From: a plasmid
Reading direction: 5' to 3' (one strand)
Sequence record: NZ_CP044080.1
DNA length: 64,000 bases
This document shows, piece after piece, positions 30,323 through 40,907 of this stretch. The translations under genes were made by a program, and so were the position numbers. The notes under the pieces were generated by a model. The model made no database searches and was not told the DNA's origin. It saw only the letters and a program-made list of their open reading frames with translations. Positions within the stretch are counted from its first letter, which is position 1. Each line of letters starts with the position of its first letter.

Positions 30323-30740
30323 GGCTGATGACCTTCAAAATCGGGTTTCAGACCCCTTTCGGGATCGACGGCTTGAATGTGTCGGCTGACAGACGCCCTC
30401 GCATTTCCGGCCATTTGCCAGCGCAATGCGACGCGCTACTCGGTAATCTGGAACAAATTATCTTTTTCGACGTTTCGGCTATTTCCACGATCCGCTGCAA
30501 GGCTGATAGCGCCCTCAAAATGGTCCGTCAACACTGGTTAACGCAAGAATCCGCCGACATATTTGTGACATCGGTGCCTATTTCGCGTAGGAAAGATCAT
30601 TATGTTTGCGCTGTTTGGAATATTGATTGGGTTAACGAAGCATATGTTCTTTTTGTCTGCGACCCTGCACCTCAATGGCGTGATCCCTGCGCGGGCAGTT
30701 GCTGCCCGAGGGTTCGGCACTGCCTGCCAGGTGCGCATCC

Positions 30741-30752
30741 CGCGTTAACGCG
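30741..30752. promoter_or_regulatory. 12-bp perfect palindrome CGCGTTAACGCG in the AT-rich leader upstream of the glycosyltransferase operon; related GGTTAACG copies at 30536-30547 and 30629-30640
   Basis: Direct reading of the sequence. TTAA-containing palindromes are rare in this GC-rich background. The element is located in a 580-bp intergenic leader. Confidence 0.35.
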
Positions 30753-30901
30753 ACAAGTCGGGCGCTCTGGCGACCTTTGCCAGAGCCGCCGCCCCGCCGA
30801 AACACCGGACAGCCGGGCTGTCACGCAAGCGTCGCGAAACCCGCGCCCCTGACCCGGCGTTCCCCCGGCTCAACGCGCGAGGCGCCAACCGGGGATCTGC
30901 C

Positions 30902-31711
30902 ATGGCCGAGAAAGTCGAACTGCACGTCGAGGACAGCGGAGGTGCCGGGCGCCCCGTCATCCTGATTCACGGCTGGCCCCTGTCCGGGGCGGCATGGGAA
31001 AAGCAGGTGCCCGTCCTGCGCGACGCGGGCTTTCGTGTCCTGACTTACGACCGGCGCGGCTTTGGTCGGTCCTCGAAGCCCGCCACGGGCTATGATTACG
31101 ATACACTGACCGCCGACCTGCATCAGGTGATTCTGGATCGCGACCTGCGCGACGTGACCATCGTCGGCTTTTCCATGGGCGGGGGCGAGGCCGCACGCTA
31201 TATCCCGAACCACGGCGCGGATCGCGTCCACAGCCTCGTCTTTGCCGCCGCCGTGCCGCCCTATCTGATGCAGACCGACGACAACCCCGAAGGCCCGCTG
31301 ACGCCCGAGCAGGCCAAGGCCATGGAGGACGCGCTGAAGGCGGACCGCGACACCTTCTTCGACAGCTTCACCCAGGATTTCTTCACCGCGAACGAAGAGC
31401 TGAAGGTTACCGAAAGCGACCGGCAAAAGGCCATCGAACTGGCGCATCAGTCGTCCCAGGTCGCGGCGCTTGGCTGCATGAAGGCCTTCGGCACCACCGA
31501 TTTCCGCGACGACCTGCGGCAGATCCAGGTGCCGGTGCTGGTGCTGCACGGCGACGCCGACGGCATCGTGCCGCTCGAGGGCTCGGGCCAACGCACGCAC
31601 GAGGCGATCCCCGGCAGCGAGCTGGTGGTGATCGAGGATGCGCCCCACGGCCTGAACGTCAGTCACCCCGACGAATTCAACGCGGCGCTGCTGGCGTTCC
31701 TGCGCCGCTGA
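30902..31711 (+). CDS. Alpha/beta hydrolase, non-haem haloperoxidase/arylesterase-like
   Basis: Contains PVILIHGWPLSG, YDRRGFGRS, GFSMGGGE and a C-terminal HG. Length 269 aa. Confidence 0.8.
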   Translation: MAEKVELHVEDSGGAGRPVILIHGWPLSGAAWEKQVPVLRDAGFRVLTYDRRGFGRSSKPATGYDYDTLTADLHQVILDRDLRDVTIVGFSMGGGEAARYIPNHGADRVHSLVFAAAVPPYLMQTDDNPEGPLTPEQAKAMEDALKADRDTFFDSFTQDFFTANEELKVTESDRQKAIELAHQSSQVAALGCMKAFGTTDFRDDLRQIQVPVLVLHGDADGIVPLEGSGQRTHEAIPGSELVVIEDAPHGLNVSHPDEFNAALLAFLRR

Positions 31712-33142
31712 GAAAGGCTGCCGCCAGCGCCAGGTCGTCCTTGAACTGGCGCGTGGCGACGGCGGCCTGCACGGCATCCGGCAAGCGCAGCAGATAGGCC
31801 GGATGCCACGTCGGCAGAATGGCCGGGCCCTGCCCCCGCTCGATGATCCGGCCGCGCAATTCGCCCATCTTGCCGCTGCGCCCGGTCAGGCCCAGCATGG
31901 CTGTCGCCCCCATGGCGACGATCAGGCGGGGGCGCACCATCCCGATTTCCTGCGTCAGCCACCAGCGGCAATGCGACACCTCGCCCGCGTCGGGTCTTTG
32001 GTGAATGCGCCGCTTGCCGCGCGGGGTGAACTTGAAGTGCTTGACCGCGTTCGTCAGATAGCTCCGGCTTCGGTCGATCCCGGCCCCGGCCAGCGCCAGG
32101 TCCAGCACCTGTCCCGCCGGGCCGACGAACGGCCGGCCGGCCAGATCCTCAAGATCGCCGGGCTGTTCGCCCACGATCATCAGGGCCGCATCCTGCGGCC
32201 CCTCGCCCGGCACTGCGCCCGTGGTCTGGGCGTGAAGCGTGCAGCGCGTGCAGCCCAGCACCCCCGCGCGCAAGCCCGGCCAGCCATCCGGCGCGGGGGG
32301 CTCGGCCGGCACCGCACGCCGGGCCCGGATGGCCGCGTGAAAGGCCGGCGGCACGCGATCCGCCTGCGCCTCCATCCGCGCTACGGCCTCGCCCGCCCCC
32401 GCGATCATCTGCGGGATCAGCGCGGCCTCGGGCAGGTTCTTCCAGTATTTGCGCGGCATTTCGGATTGCATGGCGCGAACCTTCAGCCGGGCGGGGTTGA
32501 AGATGGCCCCGAAATAAGTCCGCCACAGGTTTTCGGTCGGGTCCTCCAACGCAGGCTTTTCGGCGGGAACCTCGTCGGTCCGCAGCTGCCCATCGGCAAA
32601 GCCCGCGCGGCCGCGCGGCGTCAGGATCAGCCAGTCCATGTCGGCAAAGCGGCGCGCGAAAAAGGGCGCGGCACGGGCGACGATATGGTGGTCCGGCTCG
32701 AACCAGGCGACAAAGCTGCGCCGCCCGTCCGAGGGGATTTCCCGAAACCGCACAAAGGCGTGCATCTTGTGGACATCGCGCCGCACGGATTTCACCGCCC
32801 GATGCAGCCATTGCACATCGGGGTCGGGCGCGACCTCCAGCAGATGCGGCTGATCCTGCAGGCGCCAGAGCAGGCGGTAGAGCATTGCAAACCGACAGGG
32901 GTCGCTGTGACACAGCGCGGCCTCCAGCAGGTCGGGAAAGCGACGCGGAACCCGCGCGGGAACCGCGCCGGCGCCTGGCCGCGGCAGCGCATCGCCGGCG
33001 CCGGCGCCGGCGCCGAACAGATCGCCCGCAGCCGCCACGCTCCAATCGACATCCCCGGGGGCCACGCCCGCCAGCACCAGCGCCCGTGCCGCGTCGCGCC
33101 ATTCCCGCGCATCGGTCTGCGAGGACAGCGCGACGCGCAGCA
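31677..33142 (-). CDS. DUF4130 plus uracil-DNA-glycosylase family 4-like domain protein (TIGR03915-type partner of the DNA-repair radical SAM protein)
   Basis: The C-terminal UDG-fold motifs are GEQPGDLEDLAGRPFVGPAGQVLD and HPAYLLR. The gene lies immediately downstream of the radical SAM gene, with stop and start adjacent. Confidence 0.7.
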
Positions 33143-34369
33143 TCACAGCAACGCAAGCTGCCGGGGCGGCGGCGCGAACAGCGTCCGCAGGTCGGCGCGG
33201 TCGATCAGCCGCAGGGGCGACCAGCCCGCGGCCGAGACGAACGGACGCAGCTTCTTCACCGAGACCCGCATCCGCCCCAGGTCGTCCAGCGTCAGGCTGC
33301 GGTGGCGGCGCGCGGCCAGGATGGCATCGACGGTCCTGGTGCCCAGCCCCGGCACCCGCAGCAGCATCTCGCGCGGGGCGCGGTTCACGTCGACGGGGAA
33401 ATCCGCGCGATGCGCCAGCGCCCAGGCAAGCTTTGGGTCCAGGTCCAGGTCCAGCATCCCATCGGGCCGAGCCGAGGTGATCTCGTCGATGGAGAAGCCG
33501 TAAAAGCGGTACAGCCAGTCGGCCTGATACAGGCGGTGTTCGCGCATCAGCGGCGGCTTGGCGGGCGGCAGCCGGGTCGAGGCATCCGGGATCGGGCTGA
33601 ACGCCGAATAATAGACCCGCTTCAGCCCATAGCTGCTGTAAAGCCGCGCGCTGGACCCCAGGATCGTCGAATCGCTCGCCCCGTCCGCGCCGACGATCAT
33701 CTGCGTCGACTGGCCCGCCGGGGCAAAGCGCTTGCGCCGTCCGGTGTGGGTCGGCTCGGCCCCCGCCTCGATGCGCAGACGCAGGTCGCCCATGGCGCGG
33801 CGGATCTGGCCCGGCTGCTTTTCCGGCGCGAAGTCGGCAATGCCCGCATCTGTCGGCAGTTCGATGTTGATCGACAGCCGGTCGGCGTAAAGTCCCGCCT
33901 CGTCGATCAGTGCGCCCGAGGCCTCGGGGATGGTTTTCAGGTGGATATAGCCCTTGAACCCGTGCTTTTGCCGCAAGTCGCGGGCGATGCGCACCATCTG
34001 TTCCATCGTGTGATCGGGCGAGCGCGCGATCCCCGAGCTTAGGAACAGCCCCTCGATGTAGTTGCGGCGATAGAACTCCAGCACCAGCCAGACCACCTCG
34101 TCGGGGGTAAAGCGCGCCCGCGCCACATTGCTGGAACTGCGATTGATGCAATAGGCGCAATCATAGATGCAGAAATTCGTCAGCAGGATTTTCAGCAGCG
34201 AGATGCAGCGCCCGTCCGGCGCATAGGCATGGCAGATCCCCATCCCCTCGGTCGAGCCGATGCCACCTTGCCGCGCATCGCGCCGCTCGCTCCCGCTCGA
34301 GGCGCAAGAGGCGTCGTATTTGGCCGCGTCGGCCAGAATCGCCAGTCGCTGCTGCAGATCCCGTTTCAT
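33143..34369 (-). CDS. Putative DNA modification/repair radical SAM protein (TIGR03916-type) with C-terminal HhH
   Basis: CIYDCAYC is a CxxxCxxC radical SAM motif. The C-terminal LLRVPGLGTRTVDAIL is a helix-hairpin-helix. A LexA box overlaps its promoter. Confidence 0.75.
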   Translation of the reverse strand: MKRDLQQRLAILADAAKYDASCASSGSERRDARQGGIGSTEGMGICHAYAPDGRCISLLKILLTNFCIYDCAYCINRSSSNVARARFTPDEVVWLVLEFYRRNYIEGLFLSSGIARSPDHTMEQMVRIARDLRQKHGFKGYIHLKTIPEASGALIDEAGLYADRLSINIELPTDAGIADFAPEKQPGQIRRAMGDLRLRIEAGAEPTHTGRRKRFAPAGQSTQMIVGADGASDSTILGSSARLYSSYGLKRVYYSAFSPIPDASTRLPPAKPPLMREHRLYQADWLYRFYGFSIDEITSARPDGMLDLDLDPKLAWALAHRADFPVDVNRAPREMLLRVPGLGTRTVDAILAARRHRSLTLDDLGRMRVSVKKLRPFVSAAGWSPLRLIDRADLRTLFAPPPRQLALL

Positions 34370-34373
34370 ACAT

Positions 34374-34388
34374 GTTCTATAAATGTTC
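34374..34388. promoter_or_regulatory. Alphaproteobacterial LexA (SOS) box GTTC-N7-GTTC (GTTCTATAAATGTTC)
   Basis: Exact match to the GTTCN7GTTC direct-repeat LexA operator of alphaproteobacteria. It lies 5-19 bp upstream of the radical SAM start codon (34369). Confidence 0.7.
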
Positions 34389-34548
34389 TGGCGCCTGCGA
34401 TCAACCGTCTTTCAGAATCTGGACCGGGCAGTTCAAATGCCACGCAGTCGGGCCTTGAGCAGGGCGATGGGTTATTATATCAATACCGACGCGCTCTGTT
34501 TCACCGTCGTCCGTTCTCCCGTCCCCGGCGCAAGCGACCCGTGGAGAG

Positions 34549-35199
34549 ATGATGACCCAACAGGACAGGGCCCCGGCCGACCGGGCCCATGACCCAGCCA
34601 GCGGCACGGCCTTTGCCCATGCCATCGAGGCGGCAGGCCGGCTTGCCGCGCAGGATGGCAACATTCCCTCGCTGGACCGGATCGCCGCCGACCTCGGGAT
34701 GGAGACCGCTGCGCTTCTGGCCGTGGTCGGCTCCGAAGATCAGCTTCATCGGGCCATCGCGCAGAACGCCTTCGTGCTGCTGAACGACCAACTGGTGCGC
34801 AAGGTCGTCCAGGTGGGCGAATCCGACGTCTTGGGCCAGTTCGAGGCGATTGCCGATGCCTATGTCGAATGGGCCTGCGACCATCCCGCCGCCTTCCACA
34901 TCATTGCCATGATGCCGGCCAGGGAGTTCAGCCAGGACGCGGGGCTGGCCCGGTATGAACAGTCCATCCACGATCTGATGCTGCGGCTGCTGCGCCAGGC
35001 GCAGGCCCTGGACCTGCTCGCCCCCGACGAGGATCTCGAGATGCTGGTCGCCCTTGCCCATGTCTGCGCCTATGGCGCGGCCAGCCGGATGCTGTCCGGC
35101 GATCTGCAGCGCTGGCTGCCCGATCACGACGCCCGCACCGGCGCGCGCAAGGCGATGTCGGTCTTCACCCGCAAGGTCCTGCGGCCTCCGGCCCCCTAG
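34549..35199 (+). CDS. TetR/AcrR-family transcriptional regulator
   Basis: The N-terminal HTH-like segment is GNIPSLDRIAADLGMETAALLAVVGSEDQLHRAI. Length 216 aa. Confidence 0.55.
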   Translation: MMTQQDRAPADRAHDPASGTAFAHAIEAAGRLAAQDGNIPSLDRIAADLGMETAALLAVVGSEDQLHRAIAQNAFVLLNDQLVRKVVQVGESDVLGQFEAIADAYVEWACDHPAAFHIIAMMPAREFSQDAGLARYEQSIHDLMLRLLRQAQALDLLAPDEDLEMLVALAHVCAYGAASRMLSGDLQRWLPDHDARTGARKAMSVFTRKVLRPPAP

Positions 35200-35203
35200 G
35201 CGC

Positions 35204-36001
35204 TCACCTCATCATGTGCTCGACCTCCGGCGCGGCGACGAAGCGCCAGGCCCTTTTCGGTCCTGCCATGACGTTGAGGTAGTAGAGTTCGAAGCCATGG
35301 GGGGCGCCGCAGGGGTGATGGCCGCGCGGCACCAGGGCGACGTCGCCGTCCCTGACCGCCATCACCTCGTCCAGGGACCCGTCGTCGGTATAGACGCGCT
35401 GCACCGCCCAGCCGTCCCTCGGGTTCAGGCGGTGGTAGTAGGTCTCCTCCAGATAGGTGATGCGGGGGAAATCGTCCTCGTCATGGCGGTGGCTCGGATA
35501 GGACGACCAGTTGCCCGCGGGGGTGAAGACCTCGGTCACCAGCAGGCTGTCGCAGACATCCTCCGCCTCCATGGCGATGTTGTTGATGAAGCGGGTGTTC
35601 GGCCCCTCGCCGCGCTGGGTCAGGCTGATGCCGTCCGGTCCGATGCGGCGCGCGGCATGCCCGCCCGTGCCGGGGGCCGAGCAGACCGCGATCACGCAGT
35701 CGGTCCGGGCCTCGGCGCGCCAGTCCTGGCCGGGGGGCACATACAGGCAATGCGGCGGCGTCCTCTCGAAGACATCCATGCGGTCCCCCAAGACGCCCCA
35801 GTCCTGCCCCGCGGCATGGACACCGGCCTTGCCCTCGACCATGACCAGGATGACCTCGCGCCCGCCGGTCGCCTCGGCCGCAACCTCGCCCACCCGCAAC
35901 CGGTAAAGCGAAAAGCCGACATAGCGCCAGCCTGCCGATTGTGGGGTGATCTCGTGCACCTTGCCGTGGCTGCCGAAGGGTCTGCGCAACAGCGTGTTCA
36001 T
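35204..36001 (-). CDS. iolB: 5-deoxy-glucuronate isomerase
   Basis: The cupin-like IolB region is SYPSHRHDEDDFPRITYLEETYYHRL. The gene sits in the iol locus. Confidence 0.8.
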   Translation of the reverse strand: MNTLLRRPFGSHGKVHEITPQSAGWRYVGFSLYRLRVGEVAAEATGGREVILVMVEGKAGVHAAGQDWGVLGDRMDVFERTPPHCLYVPPGQDWRAEARTDCVIAVCSAPGTGGHAARRIGPDGISLTQRGEGPNTRFINNIAMEAEDVCDSLLVTEVFTPAGNWSSYPSHRHDEDDFPRITYLEETYYHRLNPRDGWAVQRVYTDDGSLDEVMAVRDGDVALVPRGHHPCGAPHGFELYYLNVMAGPKRAWRFVAAPEVEHMMR

Positions 36002-36066
36002 CGTCCGGTCCTTCCTCGTTGTCGAAATACCCCGGAGGGGAGGCGCCGCGCATCGCGCGATGCCGT

Positions 36067-36085
36067 GGGGAGGCAGCGCCTCCCC
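36067..36085. promoter_or_regulatory. Intra-operon GC hairpin GGGGAGGC-AGC-GCCTCCCC preceded by motif AAATACCCCGGAGGGG (36023-36042)
   Basis: Perfect 8-bp stem with a 3-nt loop. A near-identical motif-plus-hairpin unit is present at 38944-38980. Confidence 0.45.
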
Positions 36086-36119
36086 GCCCGCCGCGGACGC
36101 GGCGCAAGCATCGCGGCCC

Positions 36120-37031
36120 TCAGGCGGCCACGGTCTGGTCCAGCCCGGCCTCGCGCGCCGCGGCCTTCAGCGCCTTCAGGCCCATCGACTGATACTCCAG
36201 CGGGTTGCGCAGATCGGGGTCCTGCTCGGCCTCGATCACCAGCCAGCCGTCATAGCCCGCCCCGGCCAGGATCCGCAGCAGGGGCACGAAGTCGATGGCC
36301 CCTTCGGGATCGCCCGGCACGGTAAAGGCCCCGGCCAGGACGCCCTGCAGGAACGACAGCCCCTCGGCCCGCACCCGCGCCGTCACCGCGGGGCGGATGT
36401 TCTTGGCATGGAAATGCGCGACCCGGGACGCGTGGCGCGCCAGCACCGCCGCGGGGTCGCCGCCGCCGAAGGTGCAATGGCCGGCGTCGAACAGCAGATG
36501 CGTGGCCGGGCCGGTCGCGGCCATGAAGGCGTCGATCTCCTCGGGGCTTTCCACCACGGTGCCCATGTGGTGGTGATAGGCGAGCCGGATCCCCTGCCCC
36601 GCCAGATAGGCCGCAAAGGCCTCGACCTTCGCGCCGAAGTCCGCCATCTCGGCCGCGGTCAGCCGCGGCCGGTCGTTCACCGCCACATCGGGACGCCCGT
36701 GCACCGTGTTCGAACATTCGCAGGCGATGCAGACCGTGCAGCCATTGGCCTTGAGCTTGGCCAAATGCCCCTGCACGGCGGCGATCTCCTCCTCGACCGA
36801 GCGGGTCAGCAATTCCGTCGAATACCAGCCCGAGACGAAGACCAGCCCATAGCGGCCCAAGAGCGCCTTGAGCGCCTGCGGGTCGTCGGGCCAGCGATGG
36901 CCGTTCTCGATGCCGTCGAAGCCGATGACCTCGCCCGCCTCGTGCAGGATCTGTTCGGTCGGGATATGGGCGCCGATCGACGGATCGTCGTCATTGGCCC
37001 AGGCGATGGGATTGGTGCCATAGCGGATCAT
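36120..37031 (-). CDS. iolE: Inosose dehydratase (myo-inosose-2 dehydratase)
   Basis: Begins [20 protein letters not shown] (xylose-isomerase-like TIM barrel). It has the conserved iol context. Confidence 0.8.
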   Translation of the reverse strand: MIRYGTNPIAWANDDDPSIGAHIPTEQILHEAGEVIGFDGIENGHRWPDDPQALKALLGRYGLVFVSGWYSTELLTRSVEEEIAAVQGHLAKLKANGCTVCIACECSNTVHGRPDVAVNDRPRLTAAEMADFGAKVEAFAAYLAGQGIRLAYHHHMGTVVESPEEIDAFMAATGPATHLLFDAGHCTFGGGDPAAVLARHASRVAHFHAKNIRPAVTARVRAEGLSFLQGVLAGAFTVPGDPEGAIDFVPLLRILAGAGYDGWLVIEAEQDPDLRNPLEYQSMGLKALKAAAREAGLDQTVAA

Positions 37032-37042
37032 GGGATTTCCTT

Positions 37043-38896
37043 TCAATTCGCGGTCGCCTGTTTCCTGGCGTTTTCGATGTATCGGGCATGGGCGTCGCGC
37101 AGGCTGTCGTGATCGCTCACCTCGGGCACGGCGACATCCCACCAGTGGCCGGCGCCCTCCAGCCCGTCGCCCGGGCCGGGGGCGGCGGTGGTGTCGATGA
37201 CGATGACCGTGGGGATGGCGCGAGAGCGCGCCTCGGCGATCTCGGCCTCCAGGTCGGCGATGCTGCCGGCCTTGACCGCATGGGCGCCCATGGATGCGGC
37301 ATGGGCGACATAGTCGATCTGCGGCTGCGCCTCGACGGCGCAGTCGACATACATGTTGTTGAAGGCCGCGCCGCCGGTCCCGGCCTGCAGGCGGTTGATG
37401 CAGCCATAGCCGCGGTTGTCGGTCAGGACCACGGTAAAGGGCACCCGCCGCATCACCGCCGTCGCCAGCTCGCTGTTGGCCATCATGTAGCTGCCGTCGC
37501 CGACGAAGCAGACCACCTCGCGGTCGGGTCGCGCCAGCTTCAGCCCCAGGGCCCCCGCGATCTCGTAGCCCATGCAGGAATAGCCGTATTCCATGTGATA
37601 GCCGCCCTGGGCGGGCTGCCACAGCAGCTTCAACGCGCCCGGCATGGTGCCCGCCGCGCACATCGCGACGGCCTCGGGGGCGGCGCGCTGCACCGCGCCG
37701 ATCACCTGGGCGTCGGTCGGCAGGGCACCCTCGCCGGCGGGCGCCGCGCAATGGGCATCGACCGCCGCCAGCCAGGCCGCGCGACCCGCGCCGTCGAAAG
37801 CGACGCGATGATCGCCCAAGGCCGCCGACAGCTTCTCCAGCGCCACCCTGGCATCCGAGACCAGCGTCACCGCGCCATGCTTGGCCGCGTCATAGCCCTG
37901 CACGTTCACCGACACCAGCCGCCCGGAAAACAGCGTGCGCGAGCCGGTGGTGAAGTCCTGCAGCCTTGTGCCCACCCCGATCACCAGATCCGCCGCGGCG
38001 AGCGCCGCATTGGCCGCGGCCGAGCCGTCGACCCCCGCCGCGCCCAGGTTCAGCGGATGGGCCTGGGCCAGGGCCGACTTGCCGGCCTGGGTCTCGGTGA
38101 CGGGAATGCCATGGCGGGTGGCAAAGGTCGCCAGCACGTCCTCGGCCCCGGAATAGATCACGCCCCCGCCGCAGACGATGACCGGCGCCGTCGCCGCCCG
38201 GATCAGCCCGGCGACCTCGGCCAGCTCGGCCGCATCCGGCTCGGGCCGGCGGATGCGCCAGACCCGCTCGGCAAAGAAATCCTCGGGCCAGTCGAACGCC
38301 TCGGCCTGCACGTCCTGGCAAAAGGCCAGGCAGACCGGCCCGCAGTCCGCCGGATCGGTCATCACCCGCAGCGCGCGCGGCAGCGCCGACAGCAACTGCT
38401 CGGGCCGCTGGATGCGGTCGAAATAGCGCACCACCGGACGGAAGCAGTCATTGGCGCTGACCGTGCCGTCGCCGAAATCCTCGACCTGCTGCAAGACCGG
38501 ATCGGGCCGCCTGCTAGCGAAGACATCGCCCGCGATGAACAGCACCGGCAGCCGGTTCACATGCGCCAGCGCCGCCGCCGTCACCATATTCGTGGCCCCC
38601 GGCCCGATGGAACTGGTCACCGCATGGGCCCGCCTGCGCGCCTTGGCCTTGGCCCAGGCGATGGCGGCATGGGCCATGCTCTGCTCGTTCTGGCCGCGCC
38701 AGGTCGGAAAGGGCGTGTTGCCGCACAGCGTGCCGTGCTGGCCCTGGTGCAGCGCCTCACCGATGCCGGCCACGTTGCCATGGCCGAAGATCGCCCAACA
38801 GCCCTCGACGAAACGCTCGCCCTCGTCGGTCATCTGCATCGACAGCCAGCGCACCATCGCCTGCGCCGCCGTCAGCCGGATCGTCCCGCCATTCAT
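37043..38896 (-). CDS. iolD: 3D-(3,5/4)-trihydroxycyclohexane-1,2-dione acylhydrolase (ThDP-dependent)
   Basis: 617 aa ThDP-enzyme fold with GDGS and NN motifs. It has iol context. Confidence 0.85.
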   Translation of the reverse strand: MNGGTIRLTAAQAMVRWLSMQMTDEGERFVEGCWAIFGHGNVAGIGEALHQGQHGTLCGNTPFPTWRGQNEQSMAHAAIAWAKAKARRRAHAVTSSIGPGATNMVTAAALAHVNRLPVLFIAGDVFASRRPDPVLQQVEDFGDGTVSANDCFRPVVRYFDRIQRPEQLLSALPRALRVMTDPADCGPVCLAFCQDVQAEAFDWPEDFFAERVWRIRRPEPDAAELAEVAGLIRAATAPVIVCGGGVIYSGAEDVLATFATRHGIPVTETQAGKSALAQAHPLNLGAAGVDGSAAANAALAAADLVIGVGTRLQDFTTGSRTLFSGRLVSVNVQGYDAAKHGAVTLVSDARVALEKLSAALGDHRVAFDGAGRAAWLAAVDAHCAAPAGEGALPTDAQVIGAVQRAAPEAVAMCAAGTMPGALKLLWQPAQGGYHMEYGYSCMGYEIAGALGLKLARPDREVVCFVGDGSYMMANSELATAVMRRVPFTVVLTDNRGYGCINRLQAGTGGAAFNNMYVDCAVEAQPQIDYVAHAASMGAHAVKAGSIADLEAEIAEARSRAIPTVIVIDTTAAPGPGDGLEGAGHWWDVAVPEVSDHDSLRDAHARYIENARKQATAN

Positions 38897-38961
38897 GCCT
38901 TGCCTCCCGGACGCGCGCGGCGCCCCTGTCCTTCATCGTTTCCCAAATACCCCGGGGGGTG

Positions 38962-38980
38962 CGGGGGGCAGCGCCCCCCG
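38962..38980. promoter_or_regulatory. Intra-operon GC hairpin CGGGGGGC-AGC-GCCCCCCG preceded by motif AAATACCCCGGGGGG (38944-38958)
   Basis: Perfect 8-bp stem with a 3-nt AGC loop. It is paralogous to the element at 36023-36085. Confidence 0.45.
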
Positions 38981-38984
38981 TCCG

Positions 38985-40907
38985 TCACGCGGCCACCCGC
39001 GCCCCGGCCCGGGCCTTGTCCCAAAGGCCGCTCAGCCGGGCAAAGCGCGCCGCCATCTCCTCGACCGCCGCCTCGTCGCCGATCTTCCCCGCCAGCCAGT
39101 CCCGCGCCACCGTGCCAAAGATCGTGCGCCCGACGGCAAAGCCGCGCACCAGCGGAAAGGCCGCCGCGACCGCAAAGCTCGCCGCCAGCTCCGCCTCGGG
39201 CGCATCCAGGCCCAGCACCACGATGCCACGGGTATGGCGGTCGTGATCCTCGATCGCGGCCACCGCCTTGGCCCAGGCGGCCGGCGTCCGCATCGGCTCG
39301 AGCTTCCACCAGTCGGGATAGACCCCCGCGGCGTAAAACTGCCGGATCAGCGTGGCGGTCGTGTCGTCATCGACCGGGCCCACCTTCGAGGGAATGATCT
39401 CCAGCAGGAACTCCAGCCCGTTCCGGCGCGCCGCCGCAAACAGCCGCTTGAGCGTCGCCTCCTGATCCGCGCGCAGGGCCGCGTCGTCGTCCGGGTGGCA
39501 GAAGCACAGGACCTTGACCACGTTCTCGCGCGCCCAGGCCTCCAACCCGCCGCAATCGGGCCCCAGCGCCGGCTCCAGCGCCAGCGGGCGCGAGCCCGGC
39601 CATTCGCAGGGCCGCCCGATCCAGAGCCCGCTGCCCGAGGCCGCATGCAGCGCCCGCCGCCCGATGCGGTCGTCGCAGAGGATCCCATAGCCCGGCCGGC
39701 CGTCCGCCACCCGCAGCGCCGCCTGCAGGCACAGCTCCTTGAAGGCGCCGCCCTGCTCGGGGCTGTAGCCCGGCATCGCCTCGAGCTGGGCGCGGTGGTC
39801 GAAGGCGAACACCCGCATCGTGGACCAGTCGCCGCCGTGGTTGCGGGCGCGGTTCGTCGACCAGTGGATCTGCTCGAGTTCGGGATCGTTGCGCAGGTCC
39901 GGCCGCACCACCCCGCGCCGCAGGAAGAACTGCAGTTCCTCGAGGCTCGGGTAGGCCGGCGTGCAGCCGTGGCGGCTGACCGCGAAGGCGCCGCAGGCAT
40001 TGGCGTATTCCAGCGCCCGGGGCCAGCTCTCGCCGTCCAGCCAGCCCTTCAGCAGCCCCGAAAAGAACCCGTCGCCGGCGCCCAGCACGTTGAACACCTC
40101 GATCGGAAAGCCGGGGCCGGTCTCGCCGTCGTCCAGGCTCGCGGGAATCGCGCCCTCGAAGGCCACCGCCCCCCTGGCGCCGCGCTTGCAGACCAGCGTG
40201 GCGTCCGACACGGCCCGCACCGCGCGCAAGGCCGCGATGGTGTCCGTGCTGCCGCCGGCGATGTGGAACTCCTCCTCGGTGCCGACGATCAGGTCGAAGA
40301 AATGCAGCGTCGCTTGCAGCTTCGCCGTCACCGCGGCGCTTTCGACGAAGCGGCTCTCGCCCGCGCCGTGGCCTGCCACACCCCAGAGGTTCGGGCGATA
40401 GTCGATATCCAGCGCCGTCCGCGCCCCGTGCTTGCGGGCCAGGTCCAGCGCCCGGATCACCGCGGCCTCGGTCCGGGGGTTCGACAGATGCGTCCCCGTC
40501 GCCAGCACGCTCCGCGTCTCGGCGATCAACCCCTCGTCGATGTCGTCCTCGCACAAGGCCATGTCGGCGCAGTTCTCGCGATAGAAGATCAGCGGAAAGC
40601 TGTCCTCGTCGCGGATCCCCAGGATCACCAGCGCGGTCAGCCGCTCGGGGTCGGTCGCGACGCCCCGCACATCGACCCCCTCGCGCACCAGCTGCTCGCG
40701 GATGAAGCGGCCCATGTGCTCGTCGCCCACCCGCGTGATCAGCCCCGACCTGAGCCCCAGACGCGCCGTCCCGCAGGCGATGTTCGTGGGACTGCCCCCG
40801 ATATACTTCGCAAACGACCCCATGTCCTCAAGCCGGCTCCCGACCTGCTGGCCATACAAATCAACCCCCGCACGGCCAATCGTGATAACGTCAAGCAGCT
40901 TCGTCAT
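38985..40907 (-). CDS. iolC: Bifunctional 5-dehydro-2-deoxygluconokinase (PfkB) / DUF2090 aldolase-like domain protein
   Basis: The N-terminal PfkB ribokinase-like kinase starts [19 protein letters not shown] and carries GAGD. The C-terminal roughly 300 aa form the DUF2090/IolJ-like domain, as in rhizobial IolC. Confidence 0.8.
   Translation of the reverse strand: MTKLLDVITIGRAGVDLYGQQVGSRLEDMGSFAKYIGGSPTNIACGTARLGLRSGLITRVGDEHMGRFIREQLVREGVDVRGVATDPERLTALVILGIRDEDSFPLIFYRENCADMALCEDDIDEGLIAETRSVLATGTHLSNPRTEAAVIRALDLARKHGARTALDIDYRPNLWGVAGHGAGESRFVESAAVTAKLQATLHFFDLIVGTEEEFHIAGGSTDTIAALRAVRAVSDATLVCKRGARGAVAFEGAIPASLDDGETGPGFPIEVFNVLGAGDGFFSGLLKGWLDGESWPRALEYANACGAFAVSRHGCTPAYPSLEELQFFLRRGVVRPDLRNDPELEQIHWSTNRARNHGGDWSTMRVFAFDHRAQLEAMPGYSPEQGGAFKELCLQAALRVADGRPGYGILCDDRIGRRALHAASGSGLWIGRPCEWPGSRPLALEPALGPDCGGLEAWARENVVKVLCFCHPDDDAALRADQEATLKRLFAAARRNGLEFLLEIIPSKVGPVDDDTTATLIRQFYAAGVYPDWWKLEPMRTPAAWAKAVAAIEDHDRHTRGIVVLGLDAPEAELAASFAVAAAFPLVRGFAVGRTIFGTVARDWLAGKIGDEAAVEEMAARFARLSGLWDKARAGARVAA

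Noticed and set aside
34161-34373. 70-aa minus-strand ORF overlapping the LexA box region
   Set aside because: It lies within the radical SAM gene in another frame and has no independent support.
37088-39397. 769-aa plus-strand ORF
   Set aside because: It is antisense to iolD/iolC. Arg/Gly-rich translation.
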